Assembly: GCA_049280815.1 (NCBI GenBank)
Contig: JBAPQW010000014.1
Location: 76,893 to 140,892 of the forward strand
Direction of reading: 5' to 3'
Length of the DNA: 64,000 nucleotides
DNA from: Verrucomicrobiia bacterium
GTDB lineage: Bacteria; Verrucomicrobiota; Verrucomicrobiia; Limisphaerales; UBA11358
The notes below the pieces were generated by a model. It made no database searches and was not told the DNA's origin. It saw only the letters and a list, made by a program, of their open reading frames with translations. Made by a program: the position numbers and the translations under genes. Shown here piece after piece: positions 37,286 through 47,471 of the stretch. The stretch's first letter is position 1; every line of letters starts with the position of its first letter.

Positions 37286-37433
37286 GCCGGACCAATCATT
37301 AGCACTGGCCGTGCCACGCCGGTTTTGACTTCAAAAGACTGATTCGATCTCCCAAGCGCGTTATCTTCACGCCATCCCGCGTGGGGTTCACGCGTCCAGG
37401 GCTGTTGGGATCCGCAGAATCCAAAATGGAAAC

Positions 37434-37661
37434 CTAAAGCTCGTCTTCACGCCCGGCATAGAACAATTGAAATGCGCGGTCGTAATCTGACTCCGGCACG
37501 AAAACCTGGGCTGGCCGGCTCAGGTCGCCGTCATCCGCCACGGCGGGGTCGGCGAACGATTGCGTGGCGACAATGCCGTGCTTTTCGAGCATTACCACGA
37601 GCATCTCCGCATTGACGACCGGGCCGGTGTAGAAAAGTTTCACGGGTGGAGTTTGACACAA
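37434..37661 (-). CDS. small DUF2007-like (putative signal-transducing) protein
   Basis: VKLFYTGPVVNAEMLVVMLEKHGI...DYDRAFQLF resembles the DUF2007 fold family (from memory). GTG 37643 is an alternative start. Confidence 0.5.
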   Translation of the reverse strand: MCQTPPVKLFYTGPVVNAEMLVVMLEKHGIVATQSFADPAVADDGDLSRPAQVFVPESDYDRAFQLFYAGREDEL

Positions 37662-37811
37662 AATTCACGGGTTTTCACGGACCCAAATCAACCGGGAAAA
37701 TACATGTTAGTCCGAGTCGGAAAATCACGGCAGGGAAGTGATTGATGGCGACCTTGGTTTTCTGATTGCGATCCACTACCGCAAAAGCGCGGTTGCATGA
37801 CCGCATCGGGA

Positions 37812-38366
37812 TTATTTATGGGTGGGGAGCTGGGAATAGACCATGAACAAGAGCACCACGATGACGATGCCCATGATGGCAACGCTCAGCCAGAAGTAGA
37901 GGCCGGCCTTGTTGCGCTTTTTGGAAAATTCCTTGTTGGCGCCCAAACCGGGCGGACGGCCGCCGCTTTCCAGTTCGCTCAGGCTGACCCCGCGCGGGAT
38001 GACCAGGGTGGCTTCCACCTGCCGTTTGGCCGGGGCGGGAGCGGAGCCGGAGCCGGAGCCGGGAGCGGCGGCCGGGGTTCCGGGGGCGTCGAGTTTCAAT
38101 TCCACGTTGCCCAACCGCAGCGTCTGGCCGGGCTTCAAAACGCTTTCCGCGATCTTTTCATTATTGATGAATGTGCCGTTTGTCGAATTGAGATCCCGGA
38201 TGAGGACTTCGGTGCCGCGCAGGTGAACTTCGCAATGGTGGCTGGAGACGGATGGCTCGGCAATTTGGAACAGGTTGTCCTCAACACGGCCAATCGTGGT
38301 GCGATCCACGTTCAGCTCATGTGCGCGGCCGTTCAGGCCCTGAGTCAGAATAACAAGTTTGGCCAT
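37812..38366 (-). CDS. FHA domain protein with C-terminal TM anchor
   Basis: TTIGRVEDNLFQIAEPSVSSHHCEV...IRDLNSTNGTFINNEKI is a canonical FHA domain. C-terminal helix LYFWLSVAIMGIVIVVLLFMV. Confidence 0.88.
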   Translation of the reverse strand: MAKLVILTQGLNGRAHELNVDRTTIGRVEDNLFQIAEPSVSSHHCEVHLRGTEVLIRDLNSTNGTFINNEKIAESVLKPGQTLRLGNVELKLDAPGTPAAAPGSGSGSAPAPAKRQVEATLVIPRGVSLSELESGGRPPGLGANKEFSKKRNKAGLYFWLSVAIMGIVIVVLLFMVYSQLPTHK

Positions 38367-38438
38367 GGACTTACGATGAGCCGATTATGGTCACGGCGCG
38401 TTTCAAGTCAAACGGAATTCTGATGGCCCGGTTCTTCT

Positions 38439-39596
38439 TCAACCCCGGCGTTCAATCAGCGCGCGGAATTCGGCGAACAACGGCGTCGAATCGTGCGGCC
38501 CGGGTGATGCCTCGGGATGATACTGCACGCAAAAAACCGGCCTGGTCCTGTGGCGCAGCCCTTCGACGGTCTGGTCGTTCAAATTAATCCGGTTGACCGC
38601 GACGCCGGAAGGTAATGATTTCGCATCCACGGCAAAACCGTGATTCTGCGAGGTGATTTCAACCTTGCCGGATTCCAGGTCCTTCACCGGCTGGTTGGCC
38701 CCGCGATGGCCGAACTTGAGCTTGAAGGTTTTGCCGCCGAGAGCCTGGCCGACAATTTGATGCCCCAGACAGATTCCAAAAACCGGCACGCCGCTGTCCA
38801 TCAGCGTCTTCACTTCGCGCACGATGTAATGGAGCGCCGCCGGGTCACCGGGGCCGTTGGACAGGAAGATGCCCGCCGGCTTATGCTTGAGCGCATCGGC
38901 GGCGGTGGCTGTGGCCGGCAACACCTGTACCGCAAAACCATGCTGCCGCAACCGCCGCAAAATGTTGTATTTCATGCCGTAGTCGAAGGCGACGATGGGA
39001 ATGTCCGCCGGCGGCAGCGGCTCCCGCAGCTGGCGTGCATTGGCGGCTTCATTGCCGATCGCCAGTTTAAAACTCGCGCTCTGCTCGTCCTTTTCGTCCC
39101 AGCGAAATGCCTTCTTGTGCGTGACTTCCTTGACGTAATCCACACCCACAAAGACAAATTCCTTCGCGCGTTTGATGGCTTCCGCGTCCGGAATTTCCTC
39201 CGTGGAAATGAACCCGTTCAGCGCGCCGCGCACGCGGAGTTTCTTGGTCAGGGCGCGGGTGTCGATGCCCTGGATGCCCGGGATCCCGTTTTTCTTCAGG
39301 TAGTCCGCGAGGGGCAGGTCCGCGCGCCAGTTGCTGACGACCGGCGAGAGTTCGCGGATGACGAATCCGGCCACGTGCGGCCGCCACGATTCCACGTCCA
39401 CCTCGTTGACGCCGTAATTGCCGATGAGCGGATAGGTCATCGTGACGATCTGTCCCTTGTAGGACGGGTCGGTGAGGATTTCCTGGTAGCCGGTCATGGA
39501 CGTGTTGAAGCAGACCTCGCCGCCCGCCGACGCGCGCGCGCCAAAACCTTGTCCGTGAAACACGGAGCCGTCTTCGAGTGCGAGAATGGCTTTCAT
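38439..39596 (-). CDS. carA: carbamoyl-phosphate synthase small subunit (glutamine amidotransferase)
   Basis: MKAILALEDGSVFHGQGFG...FNTSMTGYQEILTDPSY and the GATase triad region FGICLGHQ...QYHPE. Start set to ATG 39596. Confidence 0.93.
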   Translation of the reverse strand: MKAILALEDGSVFHGQGFGARASAGGEVCFNTSMTGYQEILTDPSYKGQIVTMTYPLIGNYGVNEVDVESWRPHVAGFVIRELSPVVSNWRADLPLADYLKKNGIPGIQGIDTRALTKKLRVRGALNGFISTEEIPDAEAIKRAKEFVFVGVDYVKEVTHKKAFRWDEKDEQSASFKLAIGNEAANARQLREPLPPADIPIVAFDYGMKYNILRRLRQHGFAVQVLPATATAADALKHKPAGIFLSNGPGDPAALHYIVREVKTLMDSGVPVFGICLGHQIVGQALGGKTFKLKFGHRGANQPVKDLESGKVEITSQNHGFAVDAKSLPSGVAVNRINLNDQTVEGLRHRTRPVFCVQYHPEASPGPHDSTPLFAEFRALIERRG

Positions 39597-39663
39597 TGCC
39601 GATGAATGACCGGGCGCGATGCTAGGCAAGTGACGCCGCGGGTCAAGCGTGAAGCGGAGTTTT

Positions 39664-41061
39664 TCACGCGACAACCGCCTCGGCCTGCTCCGTCCAGACT
39701 TTTTCCCCGCCGACGATGGTGGCCACCGCCCGGCCTTTGAGGTTCCAGCCAAAAAACGGGTTGTTCGCTGATTTGCTGGCCGTTGCCGCGCGCTCAAAAA
39801 TCCACTCGCGGTCGGGATCGAACACCGTCACGTCCGCGTCCGCGCCCGTGGTCAAGGTGCCTTTGTTCAATTTCAACAGCCGTGCCGGGTTGATGGTGTA
39901 TTTGGCAATGAGATCGGACAGGCCAAGCCGTTTGGCGTGGTAAAGCTGCATCAGCGAGAGCGCCAGTCCGGTTTCCAGTCCGGTGATGCCGAACGGGGCG
40001 TAGTCGAATTCCACTTCCTTCTCGTAATCGCAGTGCGGCGCGTGGTCGCTGCACAGGATTTCAATCGTGCCGTCGGCCAGCCCGGCGAGAATCGCCTCCC
40101 GGTCACGGGCCGAGCGCAACGGCGGGTTCATCTTGAAGTTCGTGTCATACGCCGGCCAGGAAGGCAGGTTGAGAATTGAAGGTTGGGCGTCGAGCCTGGG
40201 GAACAGGTTTTTCCCATCTTGCGCCCAGAATTTTTCGCTGCCGGCCACGGCGGCGTCGGTGAGCGTGAAATGGTGCGGACAGGCTTCGCCGGAAACCGGC
40301 ACGCCGCGTTTCCGGGCGTCGCGGATGAGTTGCACGCTGCCGGCCGCGCTCAGATGCTGGCAGTGGACGTGCGTCCCGGTGAGTTCGGCGAGCAGGATGT
40401 TGCGCGCCACAATCATCTCCTCGCCCGCCGCCGGCCAGCCGCGCAGGCCCAGCACGGTGTTCCAATAACCCTCATGCATCATGCCGTCGGTCACCAGCGA
40501 GTAATCCTGGCAATGGTCCATCACGGGCAGGTCAAACATCTTGGCGTATTCGAGCGCGCGGCGCATGAGTTCGTTGTTCTGCACACAATGGCCGTCGTCG
40601 GTGATGGCCACAACGCCCGCGCGTTTGAGCGAGCCGATGGACGCGAGTTCCTCGCCGGCGATGTTTTTGGTGATGGCGCCGGTGACGAAAACGTTCACGA
40701 CACCATGTTGGGCGGCGCGTTCGTGGATGAGGGCGACGGTCCCGGCGTTGTCAATGGCCGGGGATGTGTTGGGCATGCAGACGACCGAGGTGAAGCCGCC
40801 CCGGGCAGCGGCGGCGGTGCCGGTGGCGATGTTTTCCTTCGCCGTCTGACCGGGCTCACGCAGGTGGACGTGCAAATCTATCAAACCGGGGCAGACAATT
40901 TTTCCGCCGACATCCAGCCGTTCAATTTCTTTGGGCGCCCGGGTGGCGGCGTCCGGACCAAGGGCGGCAATTTTCCCTTCGAGAATGAGCACATCAGCAA
41001 CGGTATCGAGACGGTTGGCGGGGTCTATGACTCGCCCGCCGGTCAGAAGCAGCGAGTTCAT
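39664..41061 (-). CDS. pyrC: dihydroorotase
   Basis: VCPGLIDLHVHLREPG, CMPNTSP, SDHAPH. Start set to ATG 41061, because the longer ORF would overlap tRNA-Gly. Confidence 0.9.
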   Translation of the reverse strand: MNSLLLTGGRVIDPANRLDTVADVLILEGKIAALGPDAATRAPKEIERLDVGGKIVCPGLIDLHVHLREPGQTAKENIATGTAAAARGGFTSVVCMPNTSPAIDNAGTVALIHERAAQHGVVNVFVTGAITKNIAGEELASIGSLKRAGVVAITDDGHCVQNNELMRRALEYAKMFDLPVMDHCQDYSLVTDGMMHEGYWNTVLGLRGWPAAGEEMIVARNILLAELTGTHVHCQHLSAAGSVQLIRDARKRGVPVSGEACPHHFTLTDAAVAGSEKFWAQDGKNLFPRLDAQPSILNLPSWPAYDTNFKMNPPLRSARDREAILAGLADGTIEILCSDHAPHCDYEKEVEFDYAPFGITGLETGLALSLMQLYHAKRLGLSDLIAKYTINPARLLKLNKGTLTTGADADVTVFDPDREWIFERAATASKSANNPFFGWNLKGRAVATIVGGEKVWTEQAEAVVA

Positions 41062-41129
41062 GCGGCGGGAGCATAACCGTGGTGGATTGACATGGCAAGC
41101 TCCGAAGGTATGATTCACCCGGGCCCGGT

Positions 41130-41203
41130 GCGGGCGTAGTTCAATGGTAGAACGGAAGCCTTCCAAGCTTCACACGTGGGTTCGATTCCCATCGCCCGCT
41201 CCA
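41130..41203 (+). tRNA. tRNA-Gly (anticodon UCC), CCA encoded
   Basis: Hand-folded cloverleaf: acceptor GCGGGCG/CGCCCGC, D arm GTTC-AATGGTA-GAAC, anticodon arm GAAGC-CTTCCAA-GCTTC, T arm GTGGG-TTCGATT-CCCAT, discriminator T, CCA. Confidence 0.92.
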
Positions 41204-41298
41204 ATCCCGCTGGATCACGAATTCAATGGAGCCCGGCGCAAGGCGCGGCGGCAGCGGCGATGATCACTTTCGTTTTGTGGTCGTCGTTTTGCTGTTAT

Positions 41299-41976
41299 TT
41301 ATTCCTGTCCGCCGTGCTGGCGAAGCACTTCCGCGACAGCCTTGTATCCCATGGCCTCCGCCCGGCGCAATGGCGTCAAGCCCAGGTTATCCTTGGCATT
41401 GACCTCCGCCTTGTACGCCAGCAGCACTTCCACCAAGTCCTTGTAGCCCTTGAATGCCGCCCAGTGCAAAGGGGTCAAGCCGTCCTTGTCCCTGGCATTG
41501 ACCTCGGCTTTGTTGGCCAGCAGCACTTCCGCCACGTCTTTCTGGCCGTTGGCTGCCACGGAGTGTAAAGGCGTGCGGCCATCGTTGTCCCTGGCATTGA
41601 CCTCGGCTTTGTTGGCCAGCAGCAATTCCGCCACGTCCTTGTGGCCCACGATCGCCGCCGCATACAAAGGCGTTGAACCCAGTTTGTTCCTGGCGTTGAC
41701 GTCGGCTTTGTTGGCCAGCAGCAATTCCGCCACGTCCTTGTGGCCCATAAATGCCGCCCAATGCAACGGCGTCATGCCATCGCTGTCTTTGCTCACGGCC
41801 AGATCAGGGTGGTCTTTGAGCAATGCCTTGACCTTGGCCAGGTCACCATTCCGGGCCGCCTCATCAATCTCGCCGCAGAAGGCGAGACTGCTCCAGGCCA
41901 GTGCGACCAGCAGGATGGCGGCGCGGCGCAGAATCGGGGACCCGCCCAGCCGGCCAGGAAATGAATGCGTGTTCAT
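41299..41976 (-). CDS. secreted ankyrin-repeat protein
   Basis: Signal peptide, then five tandem repeats of the form TPLHWAAFxGHKDVAELLLANKAxVNA. Confidence 0.88.
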   Translation of the reverse strand: MNTHSFPGRLGGSPILRRAAILLVALAWSSLAFCGEIDEAARNGDLAKVKALLKDHPDLAVSKDSDGMTPLHWAAFMGHKDVAELLLANKADVNARNKLGSTPLYAAAIVGHKDVAELLLANKAEVNARDNDGRTPLHSVAANGQKDVAEVLLANKAEVNARDKDGLTPLHWAAFKGYKDLVEVLLAYKAEVNAKDNLGLTPLRRAEAMGYKAVAEVLRQHGGQE

Positions 41977-42061
41977 GTTAACTCGTTGCTACCTCGATTG
42001 AGGCGAAACGTCAACCCGAAAGGCGGCTCAAGACGAACCATCCCGGCCGGCCAACAAATGG

Positions 42062-42805
42062 TTAGTAAGAAATGGCGTAGGCCACGCGGCCGGCACCGGT
42101 GATGGCCCAGAGATTCAGCGGATCAACCGATTGTGGAAATCTGATAAAACGCGTGCTGCCGTCGGCCATGGCAAAATTTGAGCCGCCCGTTCCACTGCCC
42201 GGCCCATGGCTGTCATGGCGGCTCTGTTCGGCGATGCCGGTGAAATCATTGCCGCTGTTCTCAAGCAGATCACAGTAAAAATCGCCGGCGTCATGACTCT
42301 TTTCCCCAAGCACAATCGTATCGCTCGGAAAAACAATGGCGTTTTCCTTCATGCTGTCCCCATCGTTCAGGCCTTGAGGGTCGTTCGGGCCTTGTAAATA
42401 GTCGTTCCAGCCGTTGATGAAATAACTGCGCGGCGAAGCATCGGCCACGTTGTTCGATGGAGACGAGCCGACCGTTGCCGGGTCGGACAACAGGGCAATG
42501 TCGGTGGGACAAAGCAGGATTTTTATGTTTCTGCCGGTGTTGTCGTAAAGGCGATTGGGCCAGCTGTTGGTTTCCGAGCGCGGCGGGTAGAGGCCCTGGT
42601 TGTCGTCCACGTCCATGCGCAAGGCGAGGTTGAGTTGCCGGAGATTGTTGACGCAGGCGATGCGTTTGCCGGATTCCTTGGCGCGGCTCAAGGCCGGCAG
42701 GAGCATGGCCGCCAGAATGGCGATGATGGCGATCACCACCAGCAATTCGATGAGCGTGAAGCCCGTTTCCGTGCTGGCTTTTTGCCGCCGGCTGGTTAGT
42801 TTCAT
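42062..42805 (-). CDS. prepilin-type N-terminal cleavage/methylation domain protein (DUF1559/H-X9-DG-like)
   Basis: [35 protein letters not shown] and C-terminal [13 protein letters not shown]. Start set to ATG 42805. Confidence 0.85.
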   Translation of the reverse strand: MKLTSRRQKASTETGFTLIELLVVIAIIAILAAMLLPALSRAKESGKRIACVNNLRQLNLALRMDVDDNQGLYPPRSETNSWPNRLYDNTGRNIKILLCPTDIALLSDPATVGSSPSNNVADASPRSYFINGWNDYLQGPNDPQGLNDGDSMKENAIVFPSDTIVLGEKSHDAGDFYCDLLENSGNDFTGIAEQSRHDSHGPGSGTGGSNFAMADGSTRFIRFPQSVDPLNLWAITGAGRVAYAISY

Positions 42806-42880
42806 ACCCATCCCATTCGTCGCCGCGTCCGGCTGGATGATTCGACGGACCAAATATTCGTCCTGTTCATTTTATTTTTT

Positions 42881-43345
42881 ATGACCCAAAAGAATTCAAT
42901 CCTGATCGCCCTCATGCTTGTGCTTGCCGGTGTCTATGTTGTTCATTTTACCGATTGGTTCAGGCCAAAGACGATTCAAATTTCGCACACCGCCCGCCCC
43001 GGCGCATTCGGCAACCGCCCGGGCGGGGCGGCCGGCACCGCTCCGCTGCTGATGTTCAGTCTGGGCGGTGACTACGAGTTGACCGAAATCAAGGTCGTTC
43101 CGCTTGCCGAATGGCAGGCGAATCATGACGCCGAGCCCGTCTGGCATCTGGTCCTGGATTCGAACCCCGAGCCGGAGAGATCATTTGTCTATGGCCAGCC
43201 TCTCCGCGGCCTGAAACCCGCCGCGCCCGGGGCGCAACCGCAACCGCTTCAGCCGAACCTGACCTACCGCCTGTTCGTTACCGCCGGAAGGGCCCGGGGC
43301 TGGCACGATTTTAAAATTGGCGGCAGCGGGCCCGAAGCGAAATAA
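42881..43345 (+). CDS. hypothetical membrane-anchored protein
   Basis: N-terminal TM ILIALMLVLAGVYVV. No family recognised. Confidence 0.5.
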   Translation: MTQKNSILIALMLVLAGVYVVHFTDWFRPKTIQISHTARPGAFGNRPGGAAGTAPLLMFSLGGDYELTEIKVVPLAEWQANHDAEPVWHLVLDSNPEPERSFVYGQPLRGLKPAAPGAQPQPLQPNLTYRLFVTAGRARGWHDFKIGGSGPEAK

Positions 43346-43347
43346 AG

Positions 43348-44334
43348 TCACCGCTTCGCCTCGATGCTCGTTCCGGCCAGATGACAGGCGGCTCCATGTG
43401 CTTTTCTGACTTCCCGGAACGCCGGAACTTCCGTCTGGCAGCGTGCTTCCGCAATCGGACAGCGCGGGTGAAACGGGCAGCCGCCCGGCGGATGAATGGG
43501 TGAGGGCACGTCGCCCGGCAAAATGATCCGCTGCCGTTTGGATTCCGGGTCCACTTCCGGAATGGCGGAGATCAACGCCTGCGTGTAGGGATGCTGCGGC
43601 TCGCGGATGATGTTTTTGGCGTCCGCCGTTTCGACGATTTTGCCAAGGTACATCACCATCACGCGTCGGCTGATGTGCTCCACCACCGCGAGGTCGTGGG
43701 CGATGAAGAGATAGGCGATGCCGCGTTGCTGCTGCAAATCCTGGAGCAGATTGATGATCTGTGCCTGCACCGAAACATCCAGCGCACTCACCGGTTCATC
43801 ACAAATGATCAGCTCCGGCTCGACCGCCAGCGCGCGCGCGATGCCGATGCGTTGCCGCTGGCCGCCGCTGAATTCATGGGGGTAGCGCTGCGCATAGACC
43901 GCGTCGAGCCCGACGGCCTTGAGCAATTCCAGGATGCGCTTCTGCCGGGCGGACGGGCTGTCGGTCAACTGATGGATGTCGAGCGCCTCGCCCACAATCT
44001 GCTCGACCGTCATGCGCGGGTTCAGCGAGCCGTAGGGGTCCTGGAAAATCATCTGGAACTTCCGCCGCCGGGCGCGCAACGCCGAGCCGCCCATGCGGGT
44101 GATGTCCTCGCCGTTGAGCAAAACGCTGCCGGCGGTCGGCTCGACCAGCCTCACGATGGCGCGGCCGAGGGTGGTCTTGCCGCAACCGCTTTCGCCGACC
44201 AGACCGAGCGTTTCGCCCGGCTCGATGGCAAAGCTCACGTCGTCCACCGCCTTCACGGATTCGTGGACGCGGCTGAACATCCCGTGCTTCACGGGAAAAT
44301 AAACCTTCAGGTTTTTGACTTCGAGCAGGCTCAT
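43348..44334 (-). CDS. peptide ABC transporter ATP-binding protein (OppF/DppF-like)
   Basis: [13 protein letters not shown], Walker [10 protein letters not shown], signature [16 protein letters not shown]-terminal oligopeptide domain [16 protein letters not shown] overlap with the upstream stop. Confidence 0.92.
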   Translation of the reverse strand: MSLLEVKNLKVYFPVKHGMFSRVHESVKAVDDVSFAIEPGETLGLVGESGCGKTTLGRAIVRLVEPTAGSVLLNGEDITRMGGSALRARRRKFQMIFQDPYGSLNPRMTVEQIVGEALDIHQLTDSPSARQKRILELLKAVGLDAVYAQRYPHEFSGGQRQRIGIARALAVEPELIICDEPVSALDVSVQAQIINLLQDLQQQRGIAYLFIAHDLAVVEHISRRVMVMYLGKIVETADAKNIIREPQHPYTQALISAIPEVDPESKRQRIILPGDVPSPIHPPGGCPFHPRCPIAEARCQTEVPAFREVRKAHGAACHLAGTSIEAKR

Positions 44335-45293
44335 GGCGTTTTCCAAAACGGACATCGGACCCAGCGCCCAACTTCGACCTCGATTAGTTCGGGAATTTTT
44401 TCCGAGCATTCCGGCCTGGCGATCGGGCAGCGCGGCGCAAAGCGGCAGCCGGGCGGGAAATTGCCAATGCGCGGAACGTTGCCGGGGATGGCCGAAAGGC
44501 GGCTGGCACCCCCGGCCAGTTTCGGAACGGAATTGATCAGCGCCCTGGTATAGGGATGCATCGGCCGGCGCAGCAATTCCTTCGCGGGTGACAGTTCGAC
44601 GATCTGCCCGGCATACATTACGGCCACGCGGTCGGCCATGTCGCCGACGATGCCGAGGTTGTGCGTGATGAGCAGGATCGCCATGCCGAGGCGCTGCTTG
44701 AGTTCGTGCAACAAATCGAGGATTTGTGCCTGGATGGTCACGTCGAGCGCGGTGGTCGGTTCGTCGGCCACGAGCAGTTTCGGCTCGCTGGCCAGGGCCA
44801 TGGCAATCATCACGCGCTGCTGCATGCCGCCGGACATCTCGAACGGATAATTCCGGATGCGCGATTCCGGCGCGGGAATGCCGACCAGTTTCAACAGCCG
44901 GATGACTTCCGCGTCGGTTGCCTTGTTCGGTTGATGCAGCGTGAGCGATTCCTTGATCTGGTTGCCGATGCGAAACACCGGATTCAGCGACGCGCCCGGT
45001 TCCTGGAAGACGTAGCTGACCACGCCGCCGCGAATGCGGCGCAACTCGCTGTTCGACATTTTCAGCACGTCCCGGCCGTTCAATAAAATTTCTCCGCCGA
45101 CGTAGTTGGCCGGTGGCGTCGGCACGAGCCGGGCGATGGACAGCGCGGTGACGCTCTTGCCACAACCGCTTTCGCCGACGAGACAGACGGTTTCGCCCGC
45201 GCCGATGGTCAGCGACAGACCGTCCACGGCGCGCAAGGCGTCGGCGCCCGTGCCGAAGTCCATCTTGAGGTTCTTGATTTCGAGCAGGTTCAT
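44331..45293 (-). CDS. peptide ABC transporter ATP-binding protein (OppD/DppD-like)
   Basis: [54 protein letters not shown] overlap with the oppC-like stop. Confidence 0.92.
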   Translation of the reverse strand: MNLLEIKNLKMDFGTGADALRAVDGLSLTIGAGETVCLVGESGCGKSVTALSIARLVPTPPANYVGGEILLNGRDVLKMSNSELRRIRGGVVSYVFQEPGASLNPVFRIGNQIKESLTLHQPNKATDAEVIRLLKLVGIPAPESRIRNYPFEMSGGMQQRVMIAMALASEPKLLVADEPTTALDVTIQAQILDLLHELKQRLGMAILLITHNLGIVGDMADRVAVMYAGQIVELSPAKELLRRPMHPYTRALINSVPKLAGGASRLSAIPGNVPRIGNFPPGCRFAPRCPIARPECSEKIPELIEVEVGRWVRCPFWKTP

Positions 45294-46375
45294 GACTTCG
45301 TGTCCGCAGCGTCTCTTAAACCATCGCCGAGGAAGTTGAAAGCGAGAACGGTGACAAAAATCGCTGCACTCGGCGCCAGCAGCCACGGATAATTTTGCAG
45401 ATATTGCACATCTTCCGCGGCGGTGAGCATATTCCCCCAGCTTGCCTGCGGTTCCTGGATGCCCACACCGAGGAAGCTCAACACGACCTCGCCGAGGATA
45501 TAATACGGCACGCTTAAGGTGGCGGCGACAATGACATAGGAAAACGTGTTCGGTAAAATATGGCGCACGATCACTTTCAAGTGCGTCTGGCCAAGAGCGC
45601 GTGCGGCGAGGACAAATTGCTGTTCGCGCAAGGACAGGGTCATGCCGCGAATCACCCGGGCCATGCTGGCCCAGCCGATCAGGCTCAGGATGATCACAAT
45701 CATGGCATAGACCTGTGCCGAACTCATGCCCGGGGGAAAGGTCGCACGCAGTGAGATGATGAGGTAAAGGGCGGGAATGGACATGATCAATTCGCACAGC
45801 CGCATGATGACGTTATCGGTAACGCCACTAAAATATCCGGATATTCCGCCGATAATAAGGCCAAAAGTGAACGATAACAGGATTCCGATGACGCCGATGG
45901 AAAGCGAGATTTGCGAGCCGTAAAGCAACCGAGAAAGGATATCGCGCCCAAATTGGTCGGTGCCGAAAAGAAAAACCGGATAGTCCTTGTCGCCGGTGCC
46001 GAAAAGGTGGATTGAAGCCGGAATCAAGCCGAACAATTTATATTGGTCGCCGCGAATAAAGAAAAGAAGCGGTTTCGTATCGTTCGGGATTTCGCGATAA
46101 ACGAAATCGTCATGCACCGATTCATAGCGTGGCGCAACGATATGAAAGCCCGACAGCTTCGGCCACAGCGGCTGGTGAAAGGAGTAATGGGTGTCCAGAT
46201 GGTCGTAACTATACGGCGCGATGAAGCCGGCGAACAGCGCGACGAGATAAAGGAAAATCAAAACCGTGCCGCCGACCATCGCGATGCGACGCTGTTTCAG
46301 TCGCCGCCAGAAAAGTTGCCACGGCGAAAGCGTCATTTTCGCCTGAGCAGTTGAAATTGGCTCGGAGGGTTCCAT
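45290..46375 (-). CDS. peptide ABC transporter permease (OppC/DppC-like)
   Basis: BPD-transport inner-membrane component ([16 protein letters not shown]; EAA-like region [20 protein letters not shown]). Confidence 0.9.
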   Translation of the reverse strand: MEPSEPISTAQAKMTLSPWQLFWRRLKQRRIAMVGGTVLIFLYLVALFAGFIAPYSYDHLDTHYSFHQPLWPKLSGFHIVAPRYESVHDDFVYREIPNDTKPLLFFIRGDQYKLFGLIPASIHLFGTGDKDYPVFLFGTDQFGRDILSRLLYGSQISLSIGVIGILLSFTFGLIIGGISGYFSGVTDNVIMRLCELIMSIPALYLIISLRATFPPGMSSAQVYAMIVIILSLIGWASMARVIRGMTLSLREQQFVLAARALGQTHLKVIVRHILPNTFSYVIVAATLSVPYYILGEVVLSFLGVGIQEPQASWGNMLTAAEDVQYLQNYPWLLAPSAAIFVTVLAFNFLGDGLRDAADTKS

Positions 46376-46376
46376 T

Positions 46377-47342
46377 TTATTTCAACCGGATGCGCGGATC
46401 GCTCCAGGCGAGCAAAATATCAGCGATGAAATTTCCGATGACAAGCAACGCCGTGGCCATGACGACGCAGTCCACGACGAGATAGGAATCCTTGGCAAAA
46501 AAGGCCTCCATGGTGAGGCGTCCCAGGCCCGGCCAGGCCATGATGTTTTCCACGATGAAGGCGCCGCTCAACAGCGCGGCGAGCGAGTAGCCGAAAATGG
46601 TCAGCAGCGGATTGATGGCGTTGCGGAGCGCGTGTTTGTAAATCACCCAGCCTTCGCCGAGGCCGCGCGCACGGGCGGCGGTGACATATTCGGCGTGGAG
46701 GGTGTCGAGCAGATTGGACCGCATCTGGCGCATGATGCCGGCCAGGTCGGAAGCGGCGAGGACCAGCGCGGGTAAGATCAGGTGGTGGGTGAAATCCCAG
46801 AATTGTTGCATCGGCGACATCAGATCGTGAACCGGACTTTGCGCGCCGCCGACGGGAAACCAGCCGGTGGAAGCCGCGAACCACAGTGCCAGCAGTGACA
46901 GCAATATGTCGGATATGGACAGGCCTACGAAGGAGATCAGCGAACAGGTACGGTCAATCCATGAATCCTTCCGGACCGCCGCCCAGATACCGAGCGGAAT
47001 GGCCACACCCCAGGCAAAAATCATTGCGAAAAACGAAAGCAAAAACGTGTTCCACAGCCGTGCGAAGATGAGCGAGGTCGCGGGAATTTTGTAGGCCATC
47101 GAATAACCGAAATCCCCCTGCAGAATACTCTTGAACCAGTAGAAGTATTGGATATACCACGGTTTATCGAGGTGGAATTGAGCCTTAAGATGCGCGATGG
47201 TCTCCGGCGAGATTTGCGGGTTTTGCGAAAGCGCAGTGAAATAATCGCCGGGCGCGAGCGACATGAGCAGAAACGTGAGCAACGAGACCCCGATCAACAG
47301 CGGAATCATGTGCAGCAATCGTTTCAGGACAAATGTCAGCAT
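46377..47342 (-). CDS. peptide ABC transporter permease (OppB/DppB-like)
   Basis: MLTFVLKRLLHMIPLLIGVSLLTFLLM and EYVTAARARGLGEGWVIYKHALRNA. Start set to ATG 47342. Confidence 0.9.
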   Translation of the reverse strand: MLTFVLKRLLHMIPLLIGVSLLTFLLMSLAPGDYFTALSQNPQISPETIAHLKAQFHLDKPWYIQYFYWFKSILQGDFGYSMAYKIPATSLIFARLWNTFLLSFFAMIFAWGVAIPLGIWAAVRKDSWIDRTCSLISFVGLSISDILLSLLALWFAASTGWFPVGGAQSPVHDLMSPMQQFWDFTHHLILPALVLAASDLAGIMRQMRSNLLDTLHAEYVTAARARGLGEGWVIYKHALRNAINPLLTIFGYSLAALLSGAFIVENIMAWPGLGRLTMEAFFAKDSYLVVDCVVMATALLVIGNFIADILLAWSDPRIRLK

Positions 47343-47471
47343 TGCAAAAGCAATTGAAACTTGGCAAAAAATTCCCGCACGGGCGAGTGAAAAGCAAATT
47401 AACCATGGCCGCGAACGACCGTTCGCTCTATTTTGGAGTGAGCCGGCTGACGCCGGTTGCCACGAAAATTT

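Noticed and set aside
41062-41166. N-terminal extensions of many ORF-track proteins, including pyrC, carA, emrB-like, MFP, DUF3999, rplM, livJ, oppB, M50, lysE, PRC/BON and the OppD/OppF-like ORFs that appear as 488 and 605 aa.
   Set aside because: The extensions overlap a tRNA, upstream genes or REP-like elements. The internal Met restores the canonical family N-terminus or a signal peptide, often with an ATGA stop/start overlap.
41130-43345. tRNA-Gly followed by ankyrin, pseudopilin-like and unknown genes, considered as a possible integrated island.
   Set aside because: There is no integrase or mobility gene. I found no direct repeat of the tRNA 3' end by eye. These gene types are common chromosomal content in PVC bacteria. 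A proper att-site search would be needed.
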